Assembly: GCA_050613775.1 (NCBI GenBank) | Contig: JBODTK010000111.1 | Coordinates: forward strand, 434,001 to 498,000 | From: Neocallimastix sp. 'constans' | Lineage: Eukaryota | Direction of reading: 5' to 3' | Length of the DNA stretch: 64,000 nucleotides | In this document: in pieces, positions 26,829 through 37,540 of the stretch | Layout: the number at the start of each line of letters is the position of its first letter | How positions within the stretch are numbered: the first letter of the stretch is position 1 | Notes under the pieces: model-generated | What the model saw: the letters and a program-made list of their open reading frames with translations, nothing else | The model's database searches: none | Told to the model about the DNA's origin: nothing | Made by a program: the position numbers and the translations under genes

Positions 26829-27791
26829 ATGAGTACAATTAATTTTAAGGATTTAAAAAAGGAACTTAAGGATATTGAAAAAATATCCAAAGAAAATTTA
26901 GATGTTAAAACTTGGAAGTCTGATTTAGAGCTTTGGATAAAGCTTGAACATGTTGAAGACTCCAAGATTATATTTTATGCCTGTGTTTTAACCTCAATTG
27001 GTGAAACCAGGAAAGTCATCCAAGAATTAATGGATGATAATGATAAAGATGATGATAGTGATAGTGATGATGATGATGATGATGATAATGATGATGATGA
27101 TGATGATAATTATAAGGATATTAATGATGAAGATGAGGATGATGATAATGAAGAAGATAAAGAAATTGATAAAAAGAATAAGGCTTATCCTTCCCTTAAT
27201 AGAATTGTAAAAGCTATAGAAGAATTTTATGGCATTAGGGAGGATCAAAATAATTTATTAAGAGAGCTACGTGCTCTAAGAATTAAGAGAAATGAAAGAA
27301 TCAAAGATTTTAATATTAAGTATAAAACTTTATATTTAAAATTAAATAAAAAGAAAAGAAGTCAGATAAGTGTTTTAGATTACACAGACTCCATTGAAAA
27401 CAATGTTGAAGCCTGGAAACGTCTAACCTTATTTGATAACATTTCTCTGTCAAAAGCCTTTAAAATTGCTGAAAAAGCAGATAGGTTAAATTATATGGGT
27501 AGTAATCAAAGAAGACATCCTACTAACCCTTCACCTTCTGCAAATACATCTTCTTTTAATAATAGAGTTAATTTTCATCCTCCTATTAAAAATAAATTAG
27601 AACAAAAAGTTAATATTAAACCTAAAGAAGATAATGACATAGAGGAATTAACAAGAAAAATGAGAAGTTTAACAATAAAGGCTTGTTATTTCTGTAAAGA
27701 ACCAGGTCATTATCAAAACAATTGCCCAAAGTTGAGAGCAATTGTTGAGAAAAATAGGAAAGAAATTAGAAACAATAAACGTTTAAATTGA
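26829..27791 (+). CDS. gag: Gag protein with CCHC zinc knuckle
   Basis: 320-aa ORF ahead of pol, with CYFCKEPGHYQNNC and an acidic insertion. Confidence 0.92.
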   Translation: MSTINFKDLKKELKDIEKISKENLDVKTWKSDLELWIKLEHVEDSKIIFYACVLTSIGETRKVIQELMDDNDKDDDSDSDDDDDDDNDDDDDDNYKDINDEDEDDDNEEDKEIDKKNKAYPSLNRIVKAIEEFYGIREDQNNLLRELRALRIKRNERIKDFNIKYKTLYLKLNKKKRSQISVLDYTDSIENNVEAWKRLTLFDNISLSKAFKIAEKADRLNYMGSNQRRHPTNPSPSANTSSFNNRVNFHPPIKNKLEQKVNIKPKEDNDIEELTRKMRSLTIKACYFCKEPGHYQNNCPKLRAIVEKNRKEIRNNKRLN

Positions 27792-27834
27792 GTAATGGGA
27801 TAAGAAGCTCTCCCATACTTAATAAAGCAGCTTC
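27782..27834 (+). promoter_or_regulatory. -1 programmed ribosomal frameshift signal (slippery heptamer + H-type pseudoknot)
   Basis: T_TTA_AAT just before the gag stop, 6-nt spacer, stem 1 ATGGGA/TCCCAT, stem 2 GAAGCT/AGCTTC; pol is in the -1 frame. Confidence 0.8.
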
Positions 27835-30800
27835 ACTTAAATATCAAAAAGAAATTAAAAATTCTCGTCTTTCTAATATTGAAGAAACTCCTGCTAATAA
27901 AAGGGTGGTTAATAAAAAGAAAGTTGATTATTTAGTAGGAGCATCTAAACGTAAAATTTATGATGTTAATAATGATGAAGGTAGTGCAGAGAAAAGGATT
28001 CATAAGTCGTTGAAGGAGAATCCTAAACCTATAATAACTCCTGCATTACGGAAACAGAAAGAACGAGAAGTAAAAGAAAATAATATAAGTAATAAAATTG
28101 TTAAACAAATTAAACCATCTATTCTAGCTCAACCACGAATTGAAAAAGAAAAAGAGATTGAAAGACAAATTCGTGATAATGAAAGAGCTAGCAATAGTAA
28201 TACTAATTATAGTAATAATCATAGTAATGATAATAGTAATGATAATATTAATAATAATTCATTAGTGAATGATGAAGTTATTATAAATAATGTAAATAAT
28301 GATAAAAGAAAGAATAAAAATTTAATGAAAGAAAATAATGATAATAATAAAAGTATTGTGAAGGAGAATAATAAAGTAATTGATTTAACAAAGGTGTTAA
28401 TTAGTAAAGATAAAGATACTCAAAAAGAAAATAAAAGTTCTAGAGTATCTAGGAAAATTAAGATGCAATCGGGGGAAGAAGAATATGATATTCTTAAAGA
28501 TTTAAATTCTGCCCATTGCAATATTACTTTTGGACAGTTATTGGATGCTGCTCCAAAATTAAGATATAAGGTGTCACAGGGTATTAAATTGGATAGGGAC
28601 CAATCTAATATCTCTGGGGTGTTGGATAATGTGTCAGCCACGACTGTGGTCGTTAATAACATAGACCACACTTATAAAAGTAAAGGTAACGAACCATGTG
28701 AAGAGGATATTGCCATGGTTGATGTTACAGTTGAAGGTGTTTCGGGGAAGGCTTTAATTGATTCATGTAGTAATTTAAGTATAATTACTCAACAATTTTT
28801 AGATAAGCTTCCGTCCGAATATGAACCTATTGATATTAGTCGTGGCAGAATTAGGTTGGCAACTAAGAATGATGATTACTCGGAAGGTTATATCATTCGG
28901 GTGCCAGTAAAGATTAATAATCTTGTATTAATGGTTAATTGTAGAATAGTAGAAAAGGAGGATCCTTTTTACGATATTCTAATTAACTTAAAAACCCAAA
29001 TTGATTATAATTTGTTTATCCACCCCATTTTATATAGTTTGTGTCAAATTACTCCTGAGGGAGTAATTGACGTTATTGCACCTATTAATAATGATTATGA
29101 AGATGAAGAAAAGTTGTTGTGTATGATTAAGGCTTTGGATGAGGATTCCAAAAAGAATGATTTAAAGAAAATTGAAGGATTATCCCCAAAGCAATATATT
29201 CATCATGAAATTTTCCTAAATACTTTAAACGAAAAATATAAAGATGAAATAATTAAAATTCTGGAGGAGAACTTAGAAATAGTTGCTACTTCTTCAGAAG
29301 AATTAACACCTTCTGATCTTCCTCCACATAAGATTAATTTAATTCCTGGTGCGAAACCAGTTAAGCAAAGGTGCTATAGATTAGTTAAATTTAAGTCGGA
29401 TATACTTAAGGAGGAATTAATTAAATTAATTAATAAGAAATTAATTGAACCTTCTTGTTCCGAATGGTCATCGCCAATAGTGTTAGTACCGAAGAAGAAC
29501 GGTAAATGGCGATTATGTATTGATTATCGTAAGGTTAATGATTTAACAGTTAAAGATTCTTATTCATTACCTTACATTGATGAGATATTTGATAGTTTAG
29601 ATGGGGCACAGATTTTTACAACAATGGATCTTTACTCTGGTTATCATCAAATTTTGATGGATGAGGAAAGTGTAGAAATTACCACCTTCACCACAAAATT
29701 TGGTAACTACCAATTCAAGGTTATGCCTTTTGGTTTAACCGGAGCCCCAGCTACATTTCAAAGGGAAATGAATAGGATTCTTTTCCCATTTATAGGAAAG
29801 TTTGTTTTTAACTTTATAGATGATATTTTAATATACTCTAAGAGTATAGAAGAACATATAAGCCACATTAGGCAAGTGTTGGAAGTATTTCGCCAACACA
29901 AATTAAAAATTAACATTGAAAAATGTGCCTTTATGCAGACTGAAGTAGAAGTCTTAGGTCATAAGGCATCAGTGAAAGGTTTAAGTCCCCAGGATAGCAA
30001 AATTAAGGCTATCAAGGAGTGGGTAGCACCTGTTGATGTTCATGAATTACGATCTTTTCTTGGAGCAGTAGGATATTATAGAAACTTTATTGATAAATAT
30101 GCTCAAATCTCTGCTCCTTTATGTAAATTATTAAGAAAGAATGTTAAATATAAATGGAATAATGAACATCAACAAAGTTTTGATCTGTTAAAAGAAAAGT
30201 TAATAAATGCTCCAATTTTAAAATATCCAAGTTTTAATCAAAGGTTTATAATTAGAACGGATGCTTCCTATGAAGGTATTGGAGGAGTATTACTCCAAGA
30301 AGATTTAGAAACCAAAAAGGAACATCCAGTTCATTATATAAGTAGAAGTTTAAGTAAAGCCGAGAAAAATTATGGCATTACTGACTTGGAAGGAGCTGCA
30401 TTAATTTATTGTATTACTAAGTTGAAATCTTATATATTAGGAAATCCTAATAAAACAGTAGTAATAACAGATCATAAACCTTTAATCAGTTTCTTTAAAA
30501 ATAAGGAACCTAATAATGCTAGGCAAGCAAGGTGGTGCTTAACTGTTAGTACCCTTGGTGTTGAAATTCAATATCAAATGGGTAAGAAAAATGTGTTAGC
30601 CGATGCATTATCTAGGATGAAGAAAAGAGATGATTCTGTGGTATTGGCAACTAAGTTAACTTCAAAGGAAGAAGAAGAGTTGCTTTCTAAAACTATTAAA
30701 GACTTTATAAATGAAAAATTTGTTACGATAGATGGTGAAGATTATTTTGTTGATGGTAATGACTATCGTAAATTGATTACGGATCAAACGGAAAGAGTAA

Positions 30801-31837
30801 AACTTATTTTAGAAGCCCATAAGATAGGTCATGAGGGATATTATAAGACTTATCAAAGGCTTCGTAAAAGTTTTTATTGGAATAATATGGTGATGGATAT
30901 TAAAAGAGTGGTGCAAAGTTGTGACAAGTGTCAGTTGAATAGGTCACAACCATATCCAGAACCTACAGAAAATATTCCAACTAAAGTAGAAGGTCCTTTT
31001 ATACATTTGGGTTTAGATATTATTGGACCTTTGATTAAAACTAAAAATAATAATCAATATATTATGGTTGTGGTGGATTACTTCACCAAATGGGTTGAAG
31101 CAGAACCCACGGAAAATATAACATCACAGGATGTGATTAAGTTCTTAATTAATGTGTTTGCTCGTCATGGTGTTCCACAGGTAATAACAACTGACAATGG
31201 TGTTCAGTTCACCTCGGACATGACGAAAATATTTTTAGATCTCTATGATGTATATGTGAAGTTTATTTCCACATATCATCCTGAAAGTAATGGACTTACG
31301 GAAAACCGTAATAAAGAGATCGGCAAGTTATTGAGGTTGTTGGGTTCTAAGAATAAGGATTGGGATGAAGTTTTACCATACGCCTTATGGGCTCTTAGAA
31401 CTACCAAAAATAAGGTAACAAAACATTCAAGTTTTGAGTTGGTTTATGGTAGGGAGGATCAGCAGCCTTTTGATATTGCTGCTAGACCTACCAAGGATAT
31501 TAATAAGTCATCGGATGAAGTGTTGTTAGAAAAATTTATAAATCATTACCGATGGACTTTAGAAGCAGCCGAAAATGTTAAAAATGCAAATAAGTATTGG
31601 GCTGCTAGAAGAGAGGAAAAGAATAGTTTGAATGAGGGAAAAAGAATTAGGGAAGGTGATTTAGTTCTAGTTAGAAATTTTTCAAGAACTAAACTAGAAC
31701 CTTATTTTGTTGGTCCTCTTAAAGTTATAAAAAAACAATTTAATACGGTTACCTTGGCTGATCCAAATTCTGGAATTCAAATGAATAGGAATGTTCATTT
31801 GAAGAATATAGTCAAGTATAACTCAGCTTCGATGTAG
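27788..31837 (+). CDS. pol: Pol polyprotein (protease, reverse transcriptase, RNase H, integrase), probably expressed as a Gag-Pol frameshift fusion
   Basis: ALIDSCS (PR); WRLCIDYR, MPFGL, FIDDILIYS (RT); TDAS, TDHKPL, ADALSR (RH); H-x3-H..CDKC, LDIIGP, TDNG, NGLTE (IN); GPY/F-like YFVGPLKV; no chromodomain. Confidence 0.97.
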   Translation: MSNGIRSSPILNKAASLKYQKEIKNSRLSNIEETPANKRVVNKKKVDYLVGASKRKIYDVNNDEGSAEKRIHKSLKENPKPIITPALRKQKEREVKENNISNKIVKQIKPSILAQPRIEKEKEIERQIRDNERASNSNTNYSNNHSNDNSNDNINNNSLVNDEVIINNVNNDKRKNKNLMKENNDNNKSIVKENNKVIDLTKVLISKDKDTQKENKSSRVSRKIKMQSGEEEYDILKDLNSAHCNITFGQLLDAAPKLRYKVSQGIKLDRDQSNISGVLDNVSATTVVVNNIDHTYKSKGNEPCEEDIAMVDVTVEGVSGKALIDSCSNLSIITQQFLDKLPSEYEPIDISRGRIRLATKNDDYSEGYIIRVPVKINNLVLMVNCRIVEKEDPFYDILINLKTQIDYNLFIHPILYSLCQITPEGVIDVIAPINNDYEDEEKLLCMIKALDEDSKKNDLKKIEGLSPKQYIHHEIFLNTLNEKYKDEIIKILEENLEIVATSSEELTPSDLPPHKINLIPGAKPVKQRCYRLVKFKSDILKEELIKLINKKLIEPSCSEWSSPIVLVPKKNGKWRLCIDYRKVNDLTVKDSYSLPYIDEIFDSLDGAQIFTTMDLYSGYHQILMDEESVEITTFTTKFGNYQFKVMPFGLTGAPATFQREMNRILFPFIGKFVFNFIDDILIYSKSIEEHISHIRQVLEVFRQHKLKINIEKCAFMQTEVEVLGHKASVKGLSPQDSKIKAIKEWVAPVDVHELRSFLGAVGYYRNFIDKYAQISAPLCKLLRKNVKYKWNNEHQQSFDLLKEKLINAPILKYPSFNQRFIIRTDASYEGIGGVLLQEDLETKKEHPVHYISRSLSKAEKNYGITDLEGAALIYCITKLKSYILGNPNKTVVITDHKPLISFFKNKEPNNARQARWCLTVSTLGVEIQYQMGKKNVLADALSRMKKRDDSVVLATKLTSKEEEELLSKTIKDFINEKFVTIDGEDYFVDGNDYRKLITDQTERVKLILEAHKIGHEGYYKTYQRLRKSFYWNNMVMDIKRVVQSCDKCQLNRSQPYPEPTENIPTKVEGPFIHLGLDIIGPLIKTKNNNQYIMVVVDYFTKWVEAEPTENITSQDVIKFLINVFARHGVPQVITTDNGVQFTSDMTKIFLDLYDVYVKFISTYHPESNGLTENRNKEIGKLLRLLGSKNKDWDEVLPYALWALRTTKNKVTKHSSFELVYGREDQQPFDIAARPTKDINKSSDEVLLEKFINHYRWTLEAAENVKNANKYWAARREEKNSLNEGKRIREGDLVLVRNFSRTKLEPYFVGPLKVIKKQFNTVTLADPNSGIQMNRNVHLKNIVKYNSASM

Positions 31838-31847
31838 CTTGAGTTTT

Positions 31848-31855
31848 AGAGGGGG
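31848..31855 (+). promoter_or_regulatory. Polypurine tract
   Basis: AGAGGGGG 5 nt upstream of the 3' LTR. Confidence 0.7.
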
Positions 31856-31860
31856 CATCA

Positions 31861-32883
31861 TGGTAAAGAATGAATTAATAACCTTTATTTTATTATTAAT
31901 AATTCTTTACTAAATTGTACTTTCCTATATTCTTCATAACCTAAACCTCATTGTAAATTTAATTTATTTTGATATAAATTAATTTTAATTTGTAAATAAT
32001 GTAAATAAATTTTAATTAATCACTTTATTGTTATATTATTAAATATATGTATATATTAAAATACAATTGTAAATATTAAAATTATACTTTTAAGATACTA
32101 AATTATTAAAAATATTAATTAAATATTATTATAAAAATTATTATAAAATTATTAAAATTATTAATTAAATATTATTCTAAAAATTATTATAAATTATTAA
32201 TATTATAAAATTATTAAAATTATTAAATATTATTATAAAAATTTATTTATTATAACTATTAAATATTATTATAAAATTATTAAGATTATTAATTAAATTT
32301 ATTATTAAAAATTATTATTAAAAATTATTACTTATTATAAAAATTATTGTTTAAATATTATCAAATTTATTAATTAAATATTATAAAAATTTTATTTTAT
32401 TTTGAAAATAATTACAAGTATTATTTAAAATAATTAAAGATTATTAAATTTATTATATTAATCTTTAAAAACAATTTATTTAACTTAAAAATATCAAAGA
32501 AAATAGTAAAAACTATTTTCTATATATTTATTTTATAATTATTTTTAATTAAATTATATTTGAATACTATATTATTATATTTATAAAAATTAAAACAAAA
32601 ATGAATTATTGATATAAAATTAATTCAATAATTCTATAAAATTACTTAAATTATAAACAATTAATTATACTTTAAATTTATAAAAAAAATATAAATATTG
32701 TAACAATTTCTTAAAAATTAAATATGTGTACTTTAAATAAAAAAAAAAAAAACTTTTATATTAATAAAAAAAATAAATAATTTTTAATAAAGAAAGATTT
32801 ATTTTTTTTAAAATCAAAGCAGGGTAATACCCGTCCCCCCCTGCTTGATTTTAAATATCTAAGTGTCAACCCCGAGTCTACCA
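31861..32883 (+). repeat. 3' LTR (1023 bp)
   Basis: Direct repeat of 24164-25185. Confidence 0.96.
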
Positions 32884-33862
32884 TTTTTGGAGCATTTTGA
32901 AATTTTGTAGAGTGAGTTACTTTTCACTTTTTTTTTTTTTTTTGACTTAACAGCATTGAATTTAAACTGAATTTTTCATTTCATTTCATTTTTTTTTTTT
33001 TTTAATTTCAAATAGATTTTAATTAATAATATTTAAATATATTTTTATTTCATAAAAAAAAATTAATTTATGTTTTTGTATAAAAAATAATAATTAATTA
33101 AAAATATTCTACTTTTAAATACAACTTGACTTAAAATTGATTCTTTAAAATAATAATCATTTGAATTTACCTATCAATATCACAAATTCTGTGACGACTA
33201 TATTAGATACTACTAATCACTTAATTTGTGATATTAAAAGCTTAATTATTTATATTTATATTTTTATTCAATTAGATTAATAAGTTATTTAGTTTTAGGT
33301 TTTAGTTTATTCTAATTATTCCTTTTTTTTTTTTTTTTTTCATAAATGTAAAAATAAATTTAATATATAAATTAAATATAATTATCTAATCTTTGAATAT
33401 GTCTTTAAAAGTCTATAACTATTTAATAAAATTAATAAACAAAAAAGTTCCATTTTATTTTCTTCATCATAGTTCCAAATTATAATAATAATATTAAAAT
33501 CATAGAAAATTAGAAAAAAAAAAGTTTATCTATAAATTTAAAGAATTAACAAATAACAAAAAAAAATATTAATAATAATAAATATTAAATAGAATTTTAA
33601 ATGTTATTAAAAAAAATAATATAATATAATAATAAAAAAAAAATAATAATAAATAAAAGTAATAAAATATAATAATTTAAATTAAAAAAAAAAAAAAATT
33701 AAAATAACGGTCAATTCTTTTTTTCTATGTAGGTGTAATGTAAATGGATTCATATTTCTATTATTATTGTTATTATTATTATTTATTATTTTTAATTCAT
33801 TTTATTATTCTATAATATTACAATCAATTCCTTTTTTTCTTTTTTCTCTTCTTTTTTTCTTT

Positions 33863-33893
<31 letters not shown>

Positions 33894-33994
33894 TTTTATT
33901 TTATTCCTAAACCACATCATCAAAAAAAAAAAATTATTTTTTATTTATAAAGTTAAAAATATATTTATTCAAATATAAATATGACTAGTTTATG

Positions 33995-34040
<46 letters not shown>

Positions 34041-34194
34041 GGAGAAATAATACGCATGAATAATAATTGTTACATTCAGCATATATTTAATAATAACGAT
34101 CAAATTTAATAAAAAAAAAAAAAATTTTTTTTTTTTTTTGATCCATTTCAATGATTAAGAATTTTCTAAAATTAAGAATGTTTTAAATGTCAAT

Positions 34195-34238
<44 letters not shown>

Positions 34239-35105
34239 TTTAAGATTTCCGTAATATATATATATATATTTTTAATAAATTATAAAAATATAATTTTATT
34301 AATTTTTTTTCCTCTGTATATTAAATACTATTAAATAATATTTCTTATTAATAATACGTTATTCATATATTCTTAACTTTTCATACTTTATAAAAAAAAA
34401 AAAAATTGAATATATTATATATCTTAATTGAAAATATTATAATTTAAAGTGAAAATTTTAAAACAATACAATCCTAATATTATTATTATATTATTAATAT
34501 ATAATTATTATTATTATTATTATTATTTTTAATTTTATATTTTATTTTTCTTTTTTTTTTTTTTTTTTTTTTTTTATATTTTTTATTTTTCTTTTTTTCT
34601 AATGTATATTTGTAGATAAAGATACTATTACTGGAATTCCTTATGGATTCTCTGTTGATTACTTTAATTCATCCTTTTCAAAATGTAATGTTTGCAAAAA
34701 AAAAAAAAAAAAAAAAAAAGATATACCTTTTATAAGTCCTCATCTTTTATAGTAAATGTAATAAATAAAAATAACAGAAAAAAAATTATTCTCATTACTA
34801 TAATAAAATTAAATAAAACAAAATAAAAGTTATATAATTAAATAAAACAAAAAAAAAAGTTTTAAAATTAAATAAAATATAATATTAAAATAATAAAATT
34901 GCTTATTTATTTATTCATTTATTATTATATTTATATACATACGTTACATAAATTTAAATATACTATATATATATATATTTTTAAAACTTCATAAAAAATG
35001 AATAAATCTTCATTTAATATATTTAATGGAGTTTATGTTAACAACTTTTAAATTATGTTAATTTTTTTGAAATAGAAAATAAATATATTTTATAAGTGCT
35101 TAATA

Positions 35106-35148
<43 letters not shown>

Positions 35149-35311
35149 TGGATAAAAAAAAGTTTACATTTAAATACTGAATATAAAAAAAATAGATATT
35201 TTGAATACGTAGTATATAAAATAATGGATTTAATATATTTTTTATTACCTTTAATATTTTTTTTAAAAAAAAAAAAATTATATATATATATACATACTTT
35301 AATTATTATTA

Positions 35312-35946
35312 TTTTTTATTGTATATTATTTATTATTTATGATGAAATAATATTAATTTCAACTAATTTCTATTATATTAGTTAGTAGGTATGACATCGA
35401 GATAATTATAATATATTATTTTTTTAATTAATATTAAATAATTAATATTTAAAAAAGATGAAAGGAAAAAAAAGTATGATAAAAGTAAGATATAATATGA
35501 GTATTTTATAATAAATGAAATTGTGAATATGTTAGTTTTTAAACAAAAAATAATAATAAATAACACGTTTATAATATAGATAATTTTCTTGAATTGTCCA
35601 TGACGATCCCCATTGTATATAAAAACCCTTGATCTTTTCTCTCATGATTTATTTTTCTAATTAGCAATATTTTCAATTATACTTTATAGAATCTTCATAA
35701 TTTTAAAAAAAACATTATCTGTATTTAATATTTTTTTTCTTCCTTTTTTTATTGTATATTATTTATGATTTATGATTTATGATGAAGTAATATTAGTATC
35801 AGCTAATTTCTATTATATTAGTTAGTAGGTATAACACCAAGATAATTATAATATATTATTTTTTAAATGATTATTATTTAGAAAAGATGAAAGGGAAAAA
35901 AAAAAAAGTATGATAAAAGTTTTATAATAAATGAAATTGTGAATAT
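35312..35946 (-). pseudogene. Decayed remnant of a REI1/ZNF622 3' end and 3' flank, with an internal ~200-bp duplication
   Basis: 35583-35700 (tttcttgaattgtccatgacgatccccattgtatataaaaac...) aligns by eye with 40903-41010. Flank motifs ctaatttcta..gtagg and gaaaagatgaaa match 40710-40840. 35312-35530 repeats at 35745-35946. Confidence 0.6.
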
Positions 35947-36060
35947 ACCTTTAATTTTTTTTTTTTTTTTTTTTTTCATTAATTTTTCTTCAATTAATTA
36001 TTCAACTTTTTTCTTTTTTTTCATTAAATTCTAAATTCTGTTATGATTGAAAAATTTATA

Positions 36061-36301
36061 TTTTTTTAGACTTGGAATAAACTTTATATAATATAATAAT
36101 ATTTACTGCAAAAATGCATGAAAATAAAACATATGAAAATAAAATATATATAAAATTTTATACATTAGTATTAAAAAAAACTATGTTATGAGTTTCGAGG
36201 ACGAAATGGCCTCAAACTCTTCCCAATTCATCGATAATAACTTCATATGGATGAAAGACATCATTCAAATCTATTATCAGAATTTCTTCTTTGTATTATT
36301 A

Positions 36302-36339
<38 letters not shown>

Positions 36340-36455
36340 ACGTCTGACGTTCTTGACAATGGTAGATCTTGTGCTATACAAAATCGTTCATAGTGTAAAA
36401 AATCACAAATCACAACAGGCATAAACTTTAGTAAGGAATTCCGAAAGCCCCACAA
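36061..36455 (-). mobile_element. Degenerate LINE 3' fragment
   Basis: End motif AAAGTTTATTCCAAGTCT-A(n); VGLSEFLTKV peptide remnant; shares ctcataacatagtttttt with 54372-54400. Confidence 0.6.
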
Positions 36456-36606
36456 AAAAAATCTATATTTTATTTTATATATAAAATAAATAATTATTTA
36501 AAAAGTTTTAAATATACACATTTTTCATATATACATTTTGTATATATAAATGTATTAATAAAATATATATTAATAAAATATATATTAATAAAATATAAAA
36601 TGTATA

Positions 36607-36923
<317 letters not shown>

Positions 36924-36925
36924 GC

Positions 36926-37540
36926 TTTTTTTTTAAACTTAGAGAAAACTTTATTTAATTTATAATAATAATAAAATTATATGAATTAAATGAAAAATAA
37001 CAAATAAAATACATAAAATAAAATATTATATAATTATATAATTATAAAAGTGAGTTAGAAGTAATAGCCTCTAACTTTTCCTATTCATCGATGATAACAC
37101 CACGTCCATTATTGCGAGTAATAATTTCAGTATTAGTGTTATCAAACGAATCTGTATCAGATCTTTCACCGGAAGGTGAAAATCCATGCCTTATCATTTC
37201 GATGTCGACGCTCTTAGCAACGGTAGATTCAATAGATTCAACGGAATACCATTTCATCATCAATCTAAAAGATCGACAAATTAATGGTATTACGTTTGTT
37301 AGAAACTCCGCAATCCCCACAAAATACGTAATAATCGATTTAGTTTGAACGTTGTTTAAAAATATTGTCAACTAATTGTCTTGTTTCCCCATCATTAAGT
37401 TTAATTTTTTTTTCATATATTGAACGCCCGCCAAGAAGAGCACTCAATATAATAAATATTATTATCATAGTCCTTTTCTAAATCTAAAGAAACGTCCAAG
37501 TATTTTGGTTCAATTATCATTTCAAACTTCAAAAAGAGAT
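36926..37540 (-). mobile_element. LINE family A 3' fragment (resumes at 40037-40255)
   Basis: Closely similar to 60126-60760 but frameshifted; short poly(A) tail; the continuation at 40037-40255 encodes a CSKCCPCCG..WIF remnant. Confidence 0.85.

Larger units (their letters stand above)
24164..32883 (+). mobile_element. Intact Ty3/gypsy LTR retrotransposon (8.7 kb)
   Basis: Two ~1022-bp LTRs with TGGTA...TACCA ends, TTTTT TSD (24159-24163 / 32884-32888), PBS, PPT, and uninterrupted gag and pol in PR-RT-RH-IN order. Confidence 0.97.

Noticed and set aside
27788..27790. TTG start codon for pol
   Set aside because: It overlaps the slippery site; a frameshift fusion explains pol expression better
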